A DNA stretch of 62,038 nt, filler included, from Coriobacteriales bacterium (lineage in GTDB: Bacteria > Actinomycetota > Coriobacteriia > Coriobacteriales > UBA8131): NCBI GenBank assembly GCA_031263105.1. It is 6 parts of 6 records of this genome, joined end to end, with 100 filler letters (N's around TTAATTAATTAA, not from the genome) between each part and the next. Parts side by side here need not be neighbours in the genome. Positions count along the whole stretch, not along the records: positions 8,198 to 19,508 come from JAISGJ010000167.1; positions 19,609 to 33,256 come from JAISGJ010000171.1; 4 more parts are not named here. The stretch is one strand, 5' to 3'. Both the position numbers and the translations under genes were made by a program. The notes below the pieces were generated by a model that saw only the letters and a program-made list of their open reading frames with translations, was not told the DNA's origin and did no database searches. Below, in pieces: positions 10,265 to 20,423 of this stretch (within the stretch, counting starts at the first letter, position 1; the number at the start of each line of letters is the position of its first letter).

Positions 10265-11981
10265 AGGGATCCTCGAAGTCTACGCGCACATAGGGTATCC
10301 GTACCACAAATGTGCTCCCTTGCTTCCTCGCCGACTCAACGGAGACCGAGCCTCCGTGCATCTCTGCGAGCTCCTTTACCACCGACAGGCCCAGCCCAGT
10401 GCCTCGGTACCGTCGATTGGGGGACTGGAACCCTTGGCGGTACCTCTCGAAGATGTCCTTTTGATCCTCTTCGGCAATGCCTATGCCGTCATCGGCCACG
10501 GAAATCACGATCATGCCCCCCTGTTCGAAGGCAACGCTCACACGTATCCGCCCCTTAGGATGTGTGTATTTGATGGCGTTGTCCACAAGGTTCTCGAGGA
10601 TGCGCCTGAGCTTCTCCCAGTCTGCCATCGTCACGGGCACGTCGGGGTCGATCCTTGTTGTGAAGGCGATGCCCTTGTTCTTGGCGAGTGGTTCGAGGGA
10701 GTTCTTGATAAACCCGATAAGATCGACGAAGTCCACCGGCTCCACCAAAAGCTCGTTGCGGCGGGCATCGATCTTGGAAAGGGTGAGCAGGTTGTTGACC
10801 ATGTTGAGCAGGAGTGTTGCGTTGGACTCTATCTCGTCTATCGCATGCACGACCTTCTCGTCTGCGACCTCGACATCTTGGAGGATGCGCGCAAAGGCAA
10901 GGACCGAGGTGAGCGGGGTGCGCAGCTCATGGCTCATGATTGCAAAGAACTCGCTTTTGTAGGCGGTTTCCTCGTTAAGCAGGTCGAGCGCTCCTCGCAG
11001 TTCCTCCTTTTGTTGCACAAGCTCTTCGTTGAGCTCCTGCAGTTCGTCTGTCTGGAGCTGCACTTCGCTCTCAAGATCTGCATACAGGCGTTTGAGGCGT
11101 TGCGCCATCTTGTCGAAGTCATGGGCAAACACCGATATCTCGTCGGAGTCTCCTACATCGGAGATGTCGATGGAATGCTCAAAATCGCCACCTCCGATCT
11201 TACCGGCGGCGGTCTGAAGTTTTGCCAGTGGCCGTAAGACCAGCTTGCTCATCGCAAAGTAGATACAGATACAGGCAAGCGCCAGCATCAGGAACACCAT
11301 GAACACCTGCTGCGTAACACTGAGCTGCATGCCCTGAATATAGATGTCCATAGGCTCAGTAATCGAGAGTGCCCCGCCGATGTCGCCCAACTGCATGCCT
11401 TCTTTGGGATAGCCGAACTGGTCAAGTTCCCCTACAGGTTCTCCGTGGCATTCAAGGCAGGTCTCGGTGACAAAAAGCGGCTCGGCATACCTGAACACGC
11501 TCTGGCCCTGTGCGTCGGTCTCCACTTCGTAATAGGCCTCCGTTGAGTCGGTCTTAAAGGAGGCAAAGGCTCGCTCCTCAAAGGCATCGGGAGTGCCTGC
11601 GGATTGCCGGGGAGTCTGGTTGACAAAGCGTATCGTGTAGTCGGAGCTGGCGGTAAAAAGCGTGCTTACCGATTTGGCCGCAACCACACAGACAAGGGTC
11701 TTGGTCCTGAATGTTCCGTCCGGATTGCGGTTGACGACATTTTGGTTCAAGTCAACGTAATTCCAGACAGCACGCATTTCCCCGGCAATGACCTCTGCCT
11801 TCTCGCGTGCCTCCTTCTCAGACTGTTGCCGTTGAAGGTATACGTTCCACCCGGCATCTATGACCATAAGGGCAAGTACAAGTGCGCCGATAAAAACGGC
11901 TAACTTAAACCGGATTCCATACCTGAATGGCTTTGAGCCTCGAATACCCATGTGCACCTCATCTATACGCTTGCTGCGCAA
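10245..11981 (-). CDS. Sensor histidine kinase with extracytoplasmic c-type heme (DUF3365-like) domain and HAMP
   Basis: Two TM helices flanking a domain with CLECH; SHELRTPL, NLVDNAIKY, DDGIG, GTGLGL; start may be slightly downstream. Confidence 0.9.
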   Translation of the reverse strand: MRSKRIDEVHMGIRGSKPFRYGIRFKLAVFIGALVLALMVIDAGWNVYLQRQQSEKEAREKAEVIAGEMRAVWNYVDLNQNVVNRNPDGTFRTKTLVCVVAAKSVSTLFTASSDYTIRFVNQTPRQSAGTPDAFEERAFASFKTDSTEAYYEVETDAQGQSVFRYAEPLFVTETCLECHGEPVGELDQFGYPKEGMQLGDIGGALSITEPMDIYIQGMQLSVTQQVFMVFLMLALACICIYFAMSKLVLRPLAKLQTAAGKIGGGDFEHSIDISDVGDSDEISVFAHDFDKMAQRLKRLYADLESEVQLQTDELQELNEELVQQKEELRGALDLLNEETAYKSEFFAIMSHELRTPLTSVLAFARILQDVEVADEKVVHAIDEIESNATLLLNMVNNLLTLSKIDARRNELLVEPVDFVDLIGFIKNSLEPLAKNKGIAFTTRIDPDVPVTMADWEKLRRILENLVDNAIKYTHPKGRIRVSVAFEQGGMIVISVADDGIGIAEEDQKDIFERYRQGFQSPNRRYRGTGLGLSVVKELAEMHGGSVSVESARKQGSTFVVRIPYVRVDFEDPYEDTAD

Positions 11982-12268
11982 GGCTTGCTCGGAGGTCTTG
12001 TGCGCATCCCGGCATACGTTTCGGCAGACAGCACTGTCTGTGTGCGATTGCTTGTCTCATTATCGGGCATGAACTGCCAAACGCAAAGCTAGCGGGGCAA
12101 ATGTAATTCTTTTTTAATGATTGGTGGGTCGAAAGTTAAGCAAAAGTTCTCCTGTTGAGCATTGAAGCCACTGTCGGCAGTGAGGATAATTCAAAACGTG
12201 CTGGAGAGCCAGAAGTGCAGAGGGGAACCAGCTGCTACTCTGCAAGGCAACAAGATGAGGAGGAAACG

Positions 12269-14626
12269 ATGGGACGATCCCAAAGACAGGTGCTGCCGTC
12301 ATTGACACGTAGAAGGTTCGTTGCGGTATCGGCTGCAACAACTGCCACTGCGCTCATGTCTGCGGGCCTTGCCGGATGCAGTCCAAGCGAGCCGGTCGAT
12401 GAGGGCGCAGGCACATCGCTCGACGCGTTTGCCGACTGCGACCTGGTGTATGGATGCTGCTCGCCGGAGTGCCAGCATCACCTGCTCAAAGGCTATGTTC
12501 GCGACGGCAGACTGGTGAAGGTCGAAAGCGCTGAGGTGAATGAATCGCCCGCATGTCTCAGAGGCATGGCCCGCGTAGAGCTGTGCAGCAGCGAGATGCG
12601 CCTCACCAAGCCCCTCAAGCTCGTAGGTGCAAAAGGCTCCGGTGAATTCGAGGAAATCAGCTGGGACGAGGCGTTCGACCTTTTGGAAGAGAAGATCAGA
12701 TACGCCCTCGACAACGGCGGGAGCAAGACCATCGTATACGACCGTGGGTCAGGTAATTTCAGCTCATTGGCGCGCGACTTGCCCGGCGCCTTCATGTCGT
12801 GGCTTGGCGGTGCGCAGAACTGTACAGGAAACACCTGCTGTGCCGGCATCGACGCAGCCGTAGCCACGATCCTCGGCAAGCGCACCCAGACGACACGAAA
12901 CGAGATTCCGAATTCCGATTACATCATTGCCTGGGGCAATAACCCCGTAGTCGGCATGACGGGCTATTTTGGGCGTTTTCAGGAGATGGTGAAGGCAGGG
13001 GGGACACTCTGCACCATCGACCCCTTCTATTCTGAGACGGCCGACCAGTCGCAGGAGTGGATACAGCCGTGGCCCGGCACCGATTCGGCCGTCGCCCTTG
13101 CAATGCTCAAGGTCATCATCGACGAGAACCTCCACGACGAAGAATATCTGTTGGCCCATACGACAGCGCCCTGCCTGATCGACAATGCCACCGATGCCCC
13201 GTATTTCTCTGATCCCGAGGACGATACGACCTATATGGTCTATGACCTTGGCTCCGGCGAGGTCGTAGCTCACGACAAGAAGGGCATTGGCGTTGCCCTG
13301 TCCGTTGCAGGCACCGACAGCGCAGACCGGTACACGACAATCTACGACCTTATCAAGGCCGAGGCCGACAAATGGGGCAAAGAGGCGATTGAGGCCGAGT
13401 CCGGCTGCTCATACGACGACATCGCCCGCATTGCACGTGGGTATGCAGCTGCCGAGCATGCGATGATCATTCAGAATATGGGTGGCTTCCAGCGAACGGA
13501 AAACGGCGCCTATGCAACTGCGGCACAAGTGTATCTGGCTCTGTTCACGGGCAACATCGGTCATACGGGCGACGGCATCTATGACGTCGGCGGCGCCTCA
13601 ACGATAGCCACAGTGAGCCCTGCCTTCGAAACGAACGCCGACGCCGAGACGACCAGTGGCATCCCCCGGGTCCATTTTGGCGAGTTCATCTTGGAGGACA
13701 GGCCCAACATCGTCAATCTCGCCTGGTTCTTCTGCGCCAACTTCGCGGCCCAGATGCCCAATACCAATAAGGTCAAAGAGGGGCTGGAGAAGATCCCCTT
13801 TGTGGTCACCAGCGATCAGTTCATGACTGCGACCGGGCTGTATTCCGACCTGGTGCTTCCGGTAACGGCAGTCTTCGAAACAGAAAACGTCACGGCGAAC
13901 TCGCGTTCCACGACCGTCTCCATCGGCGAGGCGCTCGTGACGCCGCCGGGCGAGGCCAAGTCAGACCTGCAGGTTTGCGCCGAACTCGCAGAGCGCTTCG
14001 GCTTCGGCGAGCAATTCAATAAGGCACCAAGAGACTACATTGCCCACGTAATCGAACCACTCGGGATCACCTATGAGGAGCTGTCGGAAAAGAAGGGTAT
14101 CGATGCGACTCCCGATGGGTATATCGCCTATAAGGACGCCCGGTTCTTCACTACGACCACAAAGGCACATCTGTGGGTTCAGAAGTGGGTCGATGAGGGC
14201 TATCCCGGCATTGCCTGCCATCAGCGTCCGGTAGAGCACCCGCTCAACATCGATGGTCTGGCAGCAAAGTACCCCTTGGCTTCCGTGCAACGCAAAACCC
14301 GACACCAGGTGCACACCACCTTCAACAACCTTGAGACGATGTTGGCCCTCGACGGCCACAAACCGCGTATCACCGTTCATCCCGTCGATGCCGAGGCACG
14401 TGGCATCGCCTCTGGCGACGAGGTGACGGCCTATAACGACCGCGGTGAGCATACGGGCACCGCCTACGTGACCGACCGCGTAAAGCAAGGCGTGGTTGTT
14501 CTGGAAAACGGCTGGAGCGACACGACGGCGTCTTCTTCGAGCAATGTGACCAATAATGCCTGGCCGACGCTCGGTGTGATGCACTGCTGCAATTCAACGT
14601 TGATCGAAGTCAGGAAGGGGGCATAA
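12269..14626 (+). CDS. Tat-exported molybdopterin oxidoreductase, DMSO-reductase superfamily catalytic subunit (lipoprotein)
   Basis: TRRRFV twin-arginine motif plus LAGC lipobox; EISWDEA, WGNNP, PGTDSA, SDLVLP, HPVDAEARGI motifs; GAGGAGG RBS. Confidence 0.92.
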   Translation: MGRSQRQVLPSLTRRRFVAVSAATTATALMSAGLAGCSPSEPVDEGAGTSLDAFADCDLVYGCCSPECQHHLLKGYVRDGRLVKVESAEVNESPACLRGMARVELCSSEMRLTKPLKLVGAKGSGEFEEISWDEAFDLLEEKIRYALDNGGSKTIVYDRGSGNFSSLARDLPGAFMSWLGGAQNCTGNTCCAGIDAAVATILGKRTQTTRNEIPNSDYIIAWGNNPVVGMTGYFGRFQEMVKAGGTLCTIDPFYSETADQSQEWIQPWPGTDSAVALAMLKVIIDENLHDEEYLLAHTTAPCLIDNATDAPYFSDPEDDTTYMVYDLGSGEVVAHDKKGIGVALSVAGTDSADRYTTIYDLIKAEADKWGKEAIEAESGCSYDDIARIARGYAAAEHAMIIQNMGGFQRTENGAYATAAQVYLALFTGNIGHTGDGIYDVGGASTIATVSPAFETNADAETTSGIPRVHFGEFILEDRPNIVNLAWFFCANFAAQMPNTNKVKEGLEKIPFVVTSDQFMTATGLYSDLVLPVTAVFETENVTANSRSTTVSIGEALVTPPGEAKSDLQVCAELAERFGFGEQFNKAPRDYIAHVIEPLGITYEELSEKKGIDATPDGYIAYKDARFFTTTTKAHLWVQKWVDEGYPGIACHQRPVEHPLNIDGLAAKYPLASVQRKTRHQVHTTFNNLETMLALDGHKPRITVHPVDAEARGIASGDEVTAYNDRGEHTGTAYVTDRVKQGVVVLENGWSDTTASSSSNVTNNAWPTLGVMHCCNSTLIEVRKGA

Positions 14627-14627
14627 C

Positions 14628-15221
14628 ATGGGACAAGGATTCCATGTAGCGACCGATCGTTGCTACGGCTGCAAGACCTGCACCGTTTCGTGCGCAGGTG
14701 AGAAAATGCTCAACCCGGGCGTCCTCATCCGTCGTGTTCGTCAGATAGACAGCCCAGACCCCGTGGGACTCGCCTTTGTATCCATGAGCTGCAATCATTG
14801 CGACGACCCGGTTTGCGTGGCAAACTGCCCGGTAGGCGCGTATGCCAAACAGGAGGACACGGGTCTGGTCATCCAGGATCACAGCCTCTGCATCGGCTGT
14901 AGGACCTGCATCGAGGTCTGCCCCTTCAGTGCACCGGCATACGACGAGGCATCTTCCCAAACCTATAAGTGCGACGGCTGCATAAGCCGCCAGCAGGCGG
15001 GCAGCCAACCGGTATGTACCCTGACCTGCCCAAGCATGAATATCTCACTGGATGAGTTCGGCAGCCTTTTGAGCTCATTCCCAGAGGCCGCCTCCCTCAA
15101 AGAGGGTGTCGTCACAAAACCCAACTATGCGGCAACGCTCGACCCTGACCTTACGATAGGCCTGCTCGAGGACCTCGACGGCACTGCGGGCACCGTGGAC
15201 CGTGGGGGAGAGGCCTACTGA
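14628..15221 (+). CDS. 4Fe-4S dicluster electron-transfer subunit (DmsB-like)
   Basis: CYGCKTCTVSC, CNHCDDPVCVANCP, CIGCRTCIEVCP, KCDGC...CTLTCP. Confidence 0.93.
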   Translation: MGQGFHVATDRCYGCKTCTVSCAGEKMLNPGVLIRRVRQIDSPDPVGLAFVSMSCNHCDDPVCVANCPVGAYAKQEDTGLVIQDHSLCIGCRTCIEVCPFSAPAYDEASSQTYKCDGCISRQQAGSQPVCTLTCPSMNISLDEFGSLLSSFPEAASLKEGVVTKPNYAATLDPDLTIGLLEDLDGTAGTVDRGGEAY

Positions 15222-15253
15222 ATGCGGTAGCAGCGTAGGTGCTCAGGCGAAGA

Positions 15254-15286
15254 AAGAGGGGCGACCGCTATAGGTCGCCCCTCTTG
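15254..15286. terminator. Probable bidirectional intrinsic terminator
   Basis: AAGAGGGGCGACC-loop-GGTCGCCCCTCTT hairpin between convergent genes. Confidence 0.7.
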
Positions 15287-15361
15287 TGACGCTGTGACGG
15301 CGGGTGCCTTGCGGGGCCGCCTCCGCGAGACCGTCCACGCGAGGCCCCTCCGCGAGGCCCC

Positions 15362-17068
15362 CTACGCGATGCCGAGGGCCTTGCGGATGCCGATGTAGCT
15401 CATCACGGCTCCGGAGCCCAGGGTCATGCCTGCGCCGCAGTACTGGCCGCCTGTGATGCCTGCCGTGCAGTTGCCCACCGCGAGCAGGCCGGGGATGACC
15501 TCGCCGTTGGTGTCGAGCACCTGCGCGTGCTCGTTGATCTTCAGGCCGCCGTTGGTGCCGCAGGTCCCCGGCACATAGAGCGCGGCGTAGAAGGGCGCCG
15601 TCGCCACGGGTGCGAGCACGGGGTTGGCAAGCTCGCTCAGGTAGGGGTGATAGGCGCCGATGCAACGGTCAACGGACTTCTCGCCCCGATGGAAGACGGG
15701 GTCTGTGCCCTGCTCGGCGTTCGTGTTGAAGGCGGCGACCTCGGCCTCGAGCGCAGCGGCGTCGATGTCGAAGTGCTCGGCTATCTCGGCGAGGCTGTCG
15801 GCGGTGAAGAAGGTCGCGGGCAGGGGGTCTTCGGGGGCGCTCATGCCGGGAAGCATGTTGCCGCCGCTGGCGAAGTAGTTGCTGTCGCAGATCCAGACCG
15901 CAGGCGTGTTGGCCCAGCCGGGGGTCTCGGTCGAGTAGTTGCCGAACGCGCGGTTGAACACCGCGTAGGCCGACGACTCGTTGGCGAAGCGCCTGCCGCT
16001 CTGGTTGACGATGAGGCTGCCGGCCCCGGCGCGGTAGATCCCCCAGTCGGGCAGCGAGATGTCGAAGAAGGCGTCCGCATGCGCGTCGAAGGGCTCGGGC
16101 AAGAACGAGGGGAGGCCCCAGTTGGTGTCCATGTTGCCCAGGGCCGCGCCGATGGCGTTGCCCATGAGGTGCGCGTCCCCGGTGTTGCCCACCGCCGCAT
16201 TGGTCACATAGATGGGAATGCTCTGGAAGGCGTGGACAAGTTCGGGGTTATGGTCGAAGCCGCCGGTCCCGAGCACGACGCAGGTGTTGGCCTTGATGGC
16301 GAGGGGCGCGCCTGCGCTCTCGGCCTGCACGCCGATGACGGCACCCGACTCGTCCACGACGAGCTCGGTCGCGGCGGTCTCCATGAGGACCTCCACGCCG
16401 ATATCGCCCAAGACCTCCTGCAAGGAGGCCCACATGCCCGCCCCGCCGTTGCCGAGGGAGGCCTGGCGCCCCTGTGCCCTAAAGCCCGTGAACGGCTCGT
16501 AGTAGTCCTTGAAGCCGGCACCGGGGGTGTCGGTGACCCAGTCCCAGTCGTAGGTGTCGCGCGTCCACTCGCAGAGCGCGTTGGCGTTGTCCACATAGGC
16601 CTCGATGGCCGCGTCGTTGCCCCGTCCGTCGGCGCAGAGCCTCATGTACTCGACGGCGTCCTCGCGCGTGTCGGCCATGCCGGCGTCCTGCCCGGCGAAG
16701 AACAGGGGAATCCACAGCGTGCCGCCCGAGGTCGCCGAGGTGCCGCCCCACATGTCGCTCTTCTCGATGACCATGACCCGCGCGGCCCCGTTGCCCTTGG
16801 CCACGAGAGCCGCAAAGGCAGCCGTGCCCGAGCCGACCACCAGCACGTCGACCTCCTCGTCCCATGCGACGTCCGTGTCGCCTGCATCGTTTGCGCCGCC
16901 TGCGTCGGACCCGCCGCCCGTGGCTTCCCCGCCGCTTGCGGGCGGCGAGCAGGCGGAGAGCACGCCCAGCCCCAGTGCCCCAAGGCCGGCCAGGCCTGCA
17001 CCACGGAGAAAGCCCCGCCTGTCAAGCTCGTGTTCGTCCTTGCCCAGATCGTGTTCGTTTGTGCCCAT
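15362..17068 (-). CDS. Tat-exported FAD-binding oxidoreductase (flavocytochrome c / 3-ketosteroid dehydrogenase-like), lipoprotein
   Basis: DRRGFL Tat motif, LSAC lipobox, DVLVVGSG, GGTSATSGG, LGTGGF, GTNGGLKIN, IPGLLAVGN. Confidence 0.9.
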   Translation of the reverse strand: MGTNEHDLGKDEHELDRRGFLRGAGLAGLGALGLGVLSACSPPASGGEATGGGSDAGGANDAGDTDVAWDEEVDVLVVGSGTAAFAALVAKGNGAARVMVIEKSDMWGGTSATSGGTLWIPLFFAGQDAGMADTREDAVEYMRLCADGRGNDAAIEAYVDNANALCEWTRDTYDWDWVTDTPGAGFKDYYEPFTGFRAQGRQASLGNGGAGMWASLQEVLGDIGVEVLMETAATELVVDESGAVIGVQAESAGAPLAIKANTCVVLGTGGFDHNPELVHAFQSIPIYVTNAAVGNTGDAHLMGNAIGAALGNMDTNWGLPSFLPEPFDAHADAFFDISLPDWGIYRAGAGSLIVNQSGRRFANESSAYAVFNRAFGNYSTETPGWANTPAVWICDSNYFASGGNMLPGMSAPEDPLPATFFTADSLAEIAEHFDIDAAALEAEVAAFNTNAEQGTDPVFHRGEKSVDRCIGAYHPYLSELANPVLAPVATAPFYAALYVPGTCGTNGGLKINEHAQVLDTNGEVIPGLLAVGNCTAGITGGQYCGAGMTLGSGAVMSYIGIRKALGIA

Positions 17069-17206
17069 GTCGAATCCTCCTTATGTCCAGCTCCTTGTCG
17101 CCCGCACCCCGATGATCCGGACGACCTCACCTGCTCAGTATGCAAGAGCGGAGGGAGATACGTGAAATAGGGGTTTCGGCATGCACCTGGCAAAAACAAG
17201 GAGCAC

Positions 17207-17252
17207 CATAAGAAAATCGAATACCCCTATAAAAATCAAATACCCGTATAAT
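17207..17252. promoter_or_regulatory. Putative LysR-type binding sites and -10 box in divergent promoter
   Basis: Direct repeats AAAATCGAATACCC and AAAATCAAATACCC, each in a T-N11-A context; TATAAT at 17247-17252. Confidence 0.5.
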
Positions 17253-17301
17253 GGGAAGCCGTAGAGGCCGGGATGCCTCTCAAAGGAGCGAGAGGGGACC
17301 C

Positions 17302-18198
17302 ATGCGCATCGAGACCCTGGACGAGTTCGTCGTGCTTGCGAAGCATCTGAACTTCACCGAAGCGGCCAAGGAGCTGTTCGTCTCACAGCCGAGCCTCAGC
17401 ACGCACATCGCGGGGCTTGAGAGGGAGCTGGGCTTCAACCTGTTCGTGCGCAGCGGCAGCATGCTCTATCTCACGCAGGCGGGCACCGTGTTTTTGGGCT
17501 GCGCCCAGGAGATGCTGAGCGTCCTGAGAAAAGGTCTGGAGGAGAGCGGGTCGGTGGCCACCGAGCTCCCACCTGTCTCGATGGCGGGCCTGTCCTTCGA
17601 CTCCCCCTACTACCGTGCCTTGATGCGGGTCAGGGACCAGCCCTTCGTTTTTGTCGACATGATCGAGGAGGTGACGGTGCTCAGGGCGCTCGAGAAGGGC
17701 ATCATCGACCTGGGCCTGCACTTCGACTACTCGGACATCCCGTCGATACGCGAGCGGGCCGAGTCGCACGGCATCGCCTTCATGCCCGCTGGCTCAGGGA
17801 CGCTCAACATCAGCGTGATGCGCTCGCATCCGCTGGCGGCGAAGGAACGGCTCACCCGCGAGGACCTCCGTGGCCTGCGCATAACCATCACGAGCGGGGC
17901 GCACTACGACACCTGGAAGCTCCTCGTGCTCCACACCCTCGGCGAGGACCTCAATTTCGAGTTCAACCTCTACCAGCTGCGGAGCATGCGCAACCTCGCC
18001 TTCCTCGACCTCGGCGACAGCGCCCACGTATGCGGTGCGGAAGCCACGGCCTGCTTCGGCGGGCGTCCCGACGTGGTGACCTTCGAGGAAGTGGACGGCA
18101 AGGTCCTCCATTACCCCGAAGGCTTCATCTGCCGCCAGTCGGACCACCAGGCCCGCACCCTGCTGGATGCCCTCCTCGAGCAGCTGGGGACTGGCTGA
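17302..18198 (+). CDS. LysR-family transcriptional regulator
   Basis: NFTEAAKELFVSQPSLSTHIAGLERELGFNLFVR HTH; divergent from the flavoprotein gene. Confidence 0.93.
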   Translation: MRIETLDEFVVLAKHLNFTEAAKELFVSQPSLSTHIAGLERELGFNLFVRSGSMLYLTQAGTVFLGCAQEMLSVLRKGLEESGSVATELPPVSMAGLSFDSPYYRALMRVRDQPFVFVDMIEEVTVLRALEKGIIDLGLHFDYSDIPSIRERAESHGIAFMPAGSGTLNISVMRSHPLAAKERLTREDLRGLRITITSGAHYDTWKLLVLHTLGEDLNFEFNLYQLRSMRNLAFLDLGDSAHVCGAEATACFGGRPDVVTFEEVDGKVLHYPEGFICRQSDHQARTLLDALLEQLGTG

Positions 18199-18247
18199 GA
18201 ACAAGCTGCAGTGCAGCTCCACGACCTGCGGGCCTGCAGGAAAGCCC

Positions 18248-18481
18248 CTATATCAGCTCGGAGAATACGGCTCCGATCCCGGAAGGGGTTTCGAGGAGCC
18301 GAAGCGCGAGGCGGGTGTTCCGGCGGATGACGCCGGTGGGGTCCCTGCGCAAGGCGTGCGCAAGCTTGTGCCAGTACTTCAGATGACCGCGCTCGAGGCA
18401 GGCGAGGATGCCCTCGACCCCCCACTGCTCGACGGGGTCGTCAGGGCTGGCCTGTATGTTCCTGAACTTCAGCTCGGTCAT
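18248..18481 (-). CDS. Small hypothetical protein, probable antitoxin partner
   Basis: MTELKFRNIQASPDDPVEQWGVEGILACLERG...; ATGA-coupled to the upstream nucleotidyltransferase gene. Confidence 0.65.
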   Translation of the reverse strand: MTELKFRNIQASPDDPVEQWGVEGILACLERGHLKYWHKLAHALRRDPTGVIRRNTRLALRLLETPSGIGAVFSELI

Positions 18482-19167
18482 GACCCGTCTCCAGCCATCC
18501 CGACCATCAGGCGGGCAAGGCCGACGCAGACGGCGGCCACGTTGCTCCAATCGGCGAGGTAGGGGTCGAGCCCTTTGTATCCGGTCAGATCGATTCCGGC
18601 AAGGTCCTTCGGCTTGGGGTCTCCCAAGAGCATGACGATCTGCGAGGCAACGGCATCCGGTACCGATTCGTCGTCAGCGTAATACCGGTCGATGCCGACC
18701 AGCACGTGGGCGGCCCACGTCTCTGTGAACCTCTTGGCAAGCGCGGCGACATCGAGGTAGTCACGGGTCTGGTTGCGCTTCACCAGCAGGAACGCCTTGA
18801 TACGCAGGGTCTCGTCCAACGTGGGGAGGGTCAGTCGCCTCCCCGAAGCCAACGTGACGACCTCGACCTCCAAGGGAGTCTTGCGGATCATCTGCCGCAC
18901 GCCCGCCTCGACGCCCCCGAGCTCGCCGAGGATCACCTTCCCGGGCAGCACACGGTTCGTCACCCAGTCGCCCTGTGACTCCAGCGCGTCAAGGACGATG
19001 TCGAAGCGGGAGCGCAGGTCGCGCAGCACATGGTCGTGATCCATCGAAAGCCGGTGCTCTGCATAATATGACGATGCCGACCCACCGACCAGGCAGATGT
19101 CCTCATCGTCCAGCAGGGCCTGCAGGCGCGCCGCCGATTCAAAGAGGTCGACCATATCCTCGCGCAT
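18478..19167 (-). CDS. AbiEii/DUF1814-like nucleotidyltransferase (putative toxin)
   Basis: LVGGSA...HRLSMDHD (GG..DxD) motif and C-terminal K...R...RDYLD motif. Confidence 0.72.
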   Translation of the reverse strand: MREDMVDLFESAARLQALLDDEDICLVGGSASSYYAEHRLSMDHDHVLRDLRSRFDIVLDALESQGDWVTNRVLPGKVILGELGGVEAGVRQMIRKTPLEVEVVTLASGRRLTLPTLDETLRIKAFLLVKRNQTRDYLDVAALAKRFTETWAAHVLVGIDRYYADDESVPDAVASQIVMLLGDPKPKDLAGIDLTGYKGLDPYLADWSNVAAVCVGLARLMVGMAGDGS

Positions 19168-19276
19168 GACTGCTCCTCATATCGAATCCCTCAAGCGAAG
19201 GGTCTGAAAATGGTACCACAGATCAAATCGCTCTCTCTTACGACAGGGGAACTCCTTGGCTCCTTGGCCCACCTCG

Positions 19277-19508
19277 GTTACTGTTCACACCCCACTGTCA
19301 TCCCGAACCCGCCCTCACTGTCATCCCGAGCCCGCCCTCACTGTCATCCCGAGCCCGCCCTCACTGTCATCCCGAGCCTGCCGCGGGCTCCGCGACCGCG
19401 TAAGCGGTCGACCGCAGGTCGAAGGGCCCCCGACCTGCCGTTGGACACTGCGTGTCCAAGGATTCCTCGGCTACGCTCGGAATGACAGTGAGGGCGGGTT
19501 CGGGATGA
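19277..19508. repeat. Palindromic REP/MITE element with tandem arm amplification (truncated by contig end)
   Basis: GTTACTGTTCACACCCC left end, tandem CACTGTCATCCCGAGCCCGCCCT units, right arm GCTCGGAATGACAGTG. Confidence 0.9.
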
Positions 19509-19608
19509 NNNNNNNNNNNNNNNNNNNNNNNNNNNNNNNNNNNNNNNNNNNNTTAATTAATTAANNNNNNNNNNNNNNNNNNNNNNNNNNNNNNNNNNNN
19601 NNNNNNNN
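19509..19608. other. Artificial contig linker
   Basis: N-TTAATTAATTAA-N. Confidence 0.99.
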
Positions 19609-19725
19609 GCTGCCAGCACCCCGCAGCCAACTCTTGCCGAATCACCGGCGAAACCGTGGATTTCCACACCAGCACGATGTGGAGCAGGATGCCAACGAAG
19701 TGGGGATTTTACTATTGACATAAAC

Positions 19726-19827
19726 ATACTGCGGAATACGACTTTCTCTACAAGGCCGCCTTTGACAAGCTCTATAAGCAGTTGGACTCGGCTCGCACTC
19801 AGGCGGACCGCGACGGATGGGTCAGCG
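19726..19827 (+). pseudogene. Orphan fragment of the Phd-type antitoxin gene
   Basis: 102 bp matching 23582-23683 with one visible mismatch. Confidence 0.85.
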
Positions 19828-19930
19828 TGGTGACAGGGGGACGTAGGTGGTGACAGGGGGGTGACAGGGGGACGTAGGTGACAGGGGGACGTAGGTGACA
19901 GGGGGACGTATAATCTGTCACCCCAGACGA
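19828..19930. repeat. Tandem GTGACAGGGGGACGTAG units (second, GGGGACG-type repeat family)
   Basis: 4-5 tandem units followed by an imperfect inverted TGTCACCCC. Confidence 0.75.
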
Positions 19931-19973
19931 CGAGAGCGCACAGGTGGGATGTTCATCAGGAAAACAGATAAAA

Positions 19974-20408
19974 TCAAACGGGGCGCTGCAATTCATCAGC
20001 AAGCATCGCAAGGCTGACCTTGGACATTTCCTCTCTTAACGCTGCTATTGAATCGTCCAAATGGTTTATGAGCAAGCTACGCAACTGGCTACCGACCGGA
20101 CAGGTATCAGATATGTTAGGGGGTATTTTGAATATCTCATCCGTTTGTGCGGTTTCAACTGCCGCATATATATCCCACAATGAAATATCTTCCAAATCCC
20201 TTGTGAGCGCAGTTGCTCCCTTGCCGGAACTGGTGCTGATTAAATCAGCATCTCGCAACTTCTTGTAAATGTTCCGAACAATTACCGCGTTACAGCCCGA
20301 ACTCTCGGCAATTTTCTCACTGGTTACTCGACTATTATTACCAAGTGATAGCAGTAGCAACGCATTTACAGCTATCGGAAATTGTAAACTTACTCTCATT
20401 TTCATCAC
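19974..20408 (-). CDS. Rrf2-family transcriptional regulator (YwnA/HypR-like)
   Basis: TSEKIAESSGCNAVIVR, G.GA..L, ISLWDIYAAVE, CPVG; low GC. Confidence 0.88.
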   Translation of the reverse strand: MMKMRVSLQFPIAVNALLLLSLGNNSRVTSEKIAESSGCNAVIVRNIYKKLRDADLISTSSGKGATALTRDLEDISLWDIYAAVETAQTDEIFKIPPNISDTCPVGSQLRSLLINHLDDSIAALREEMSKVSLAMLADELQRPV

Positions 20409-20423
20409 CTGTATTCAGTATAT

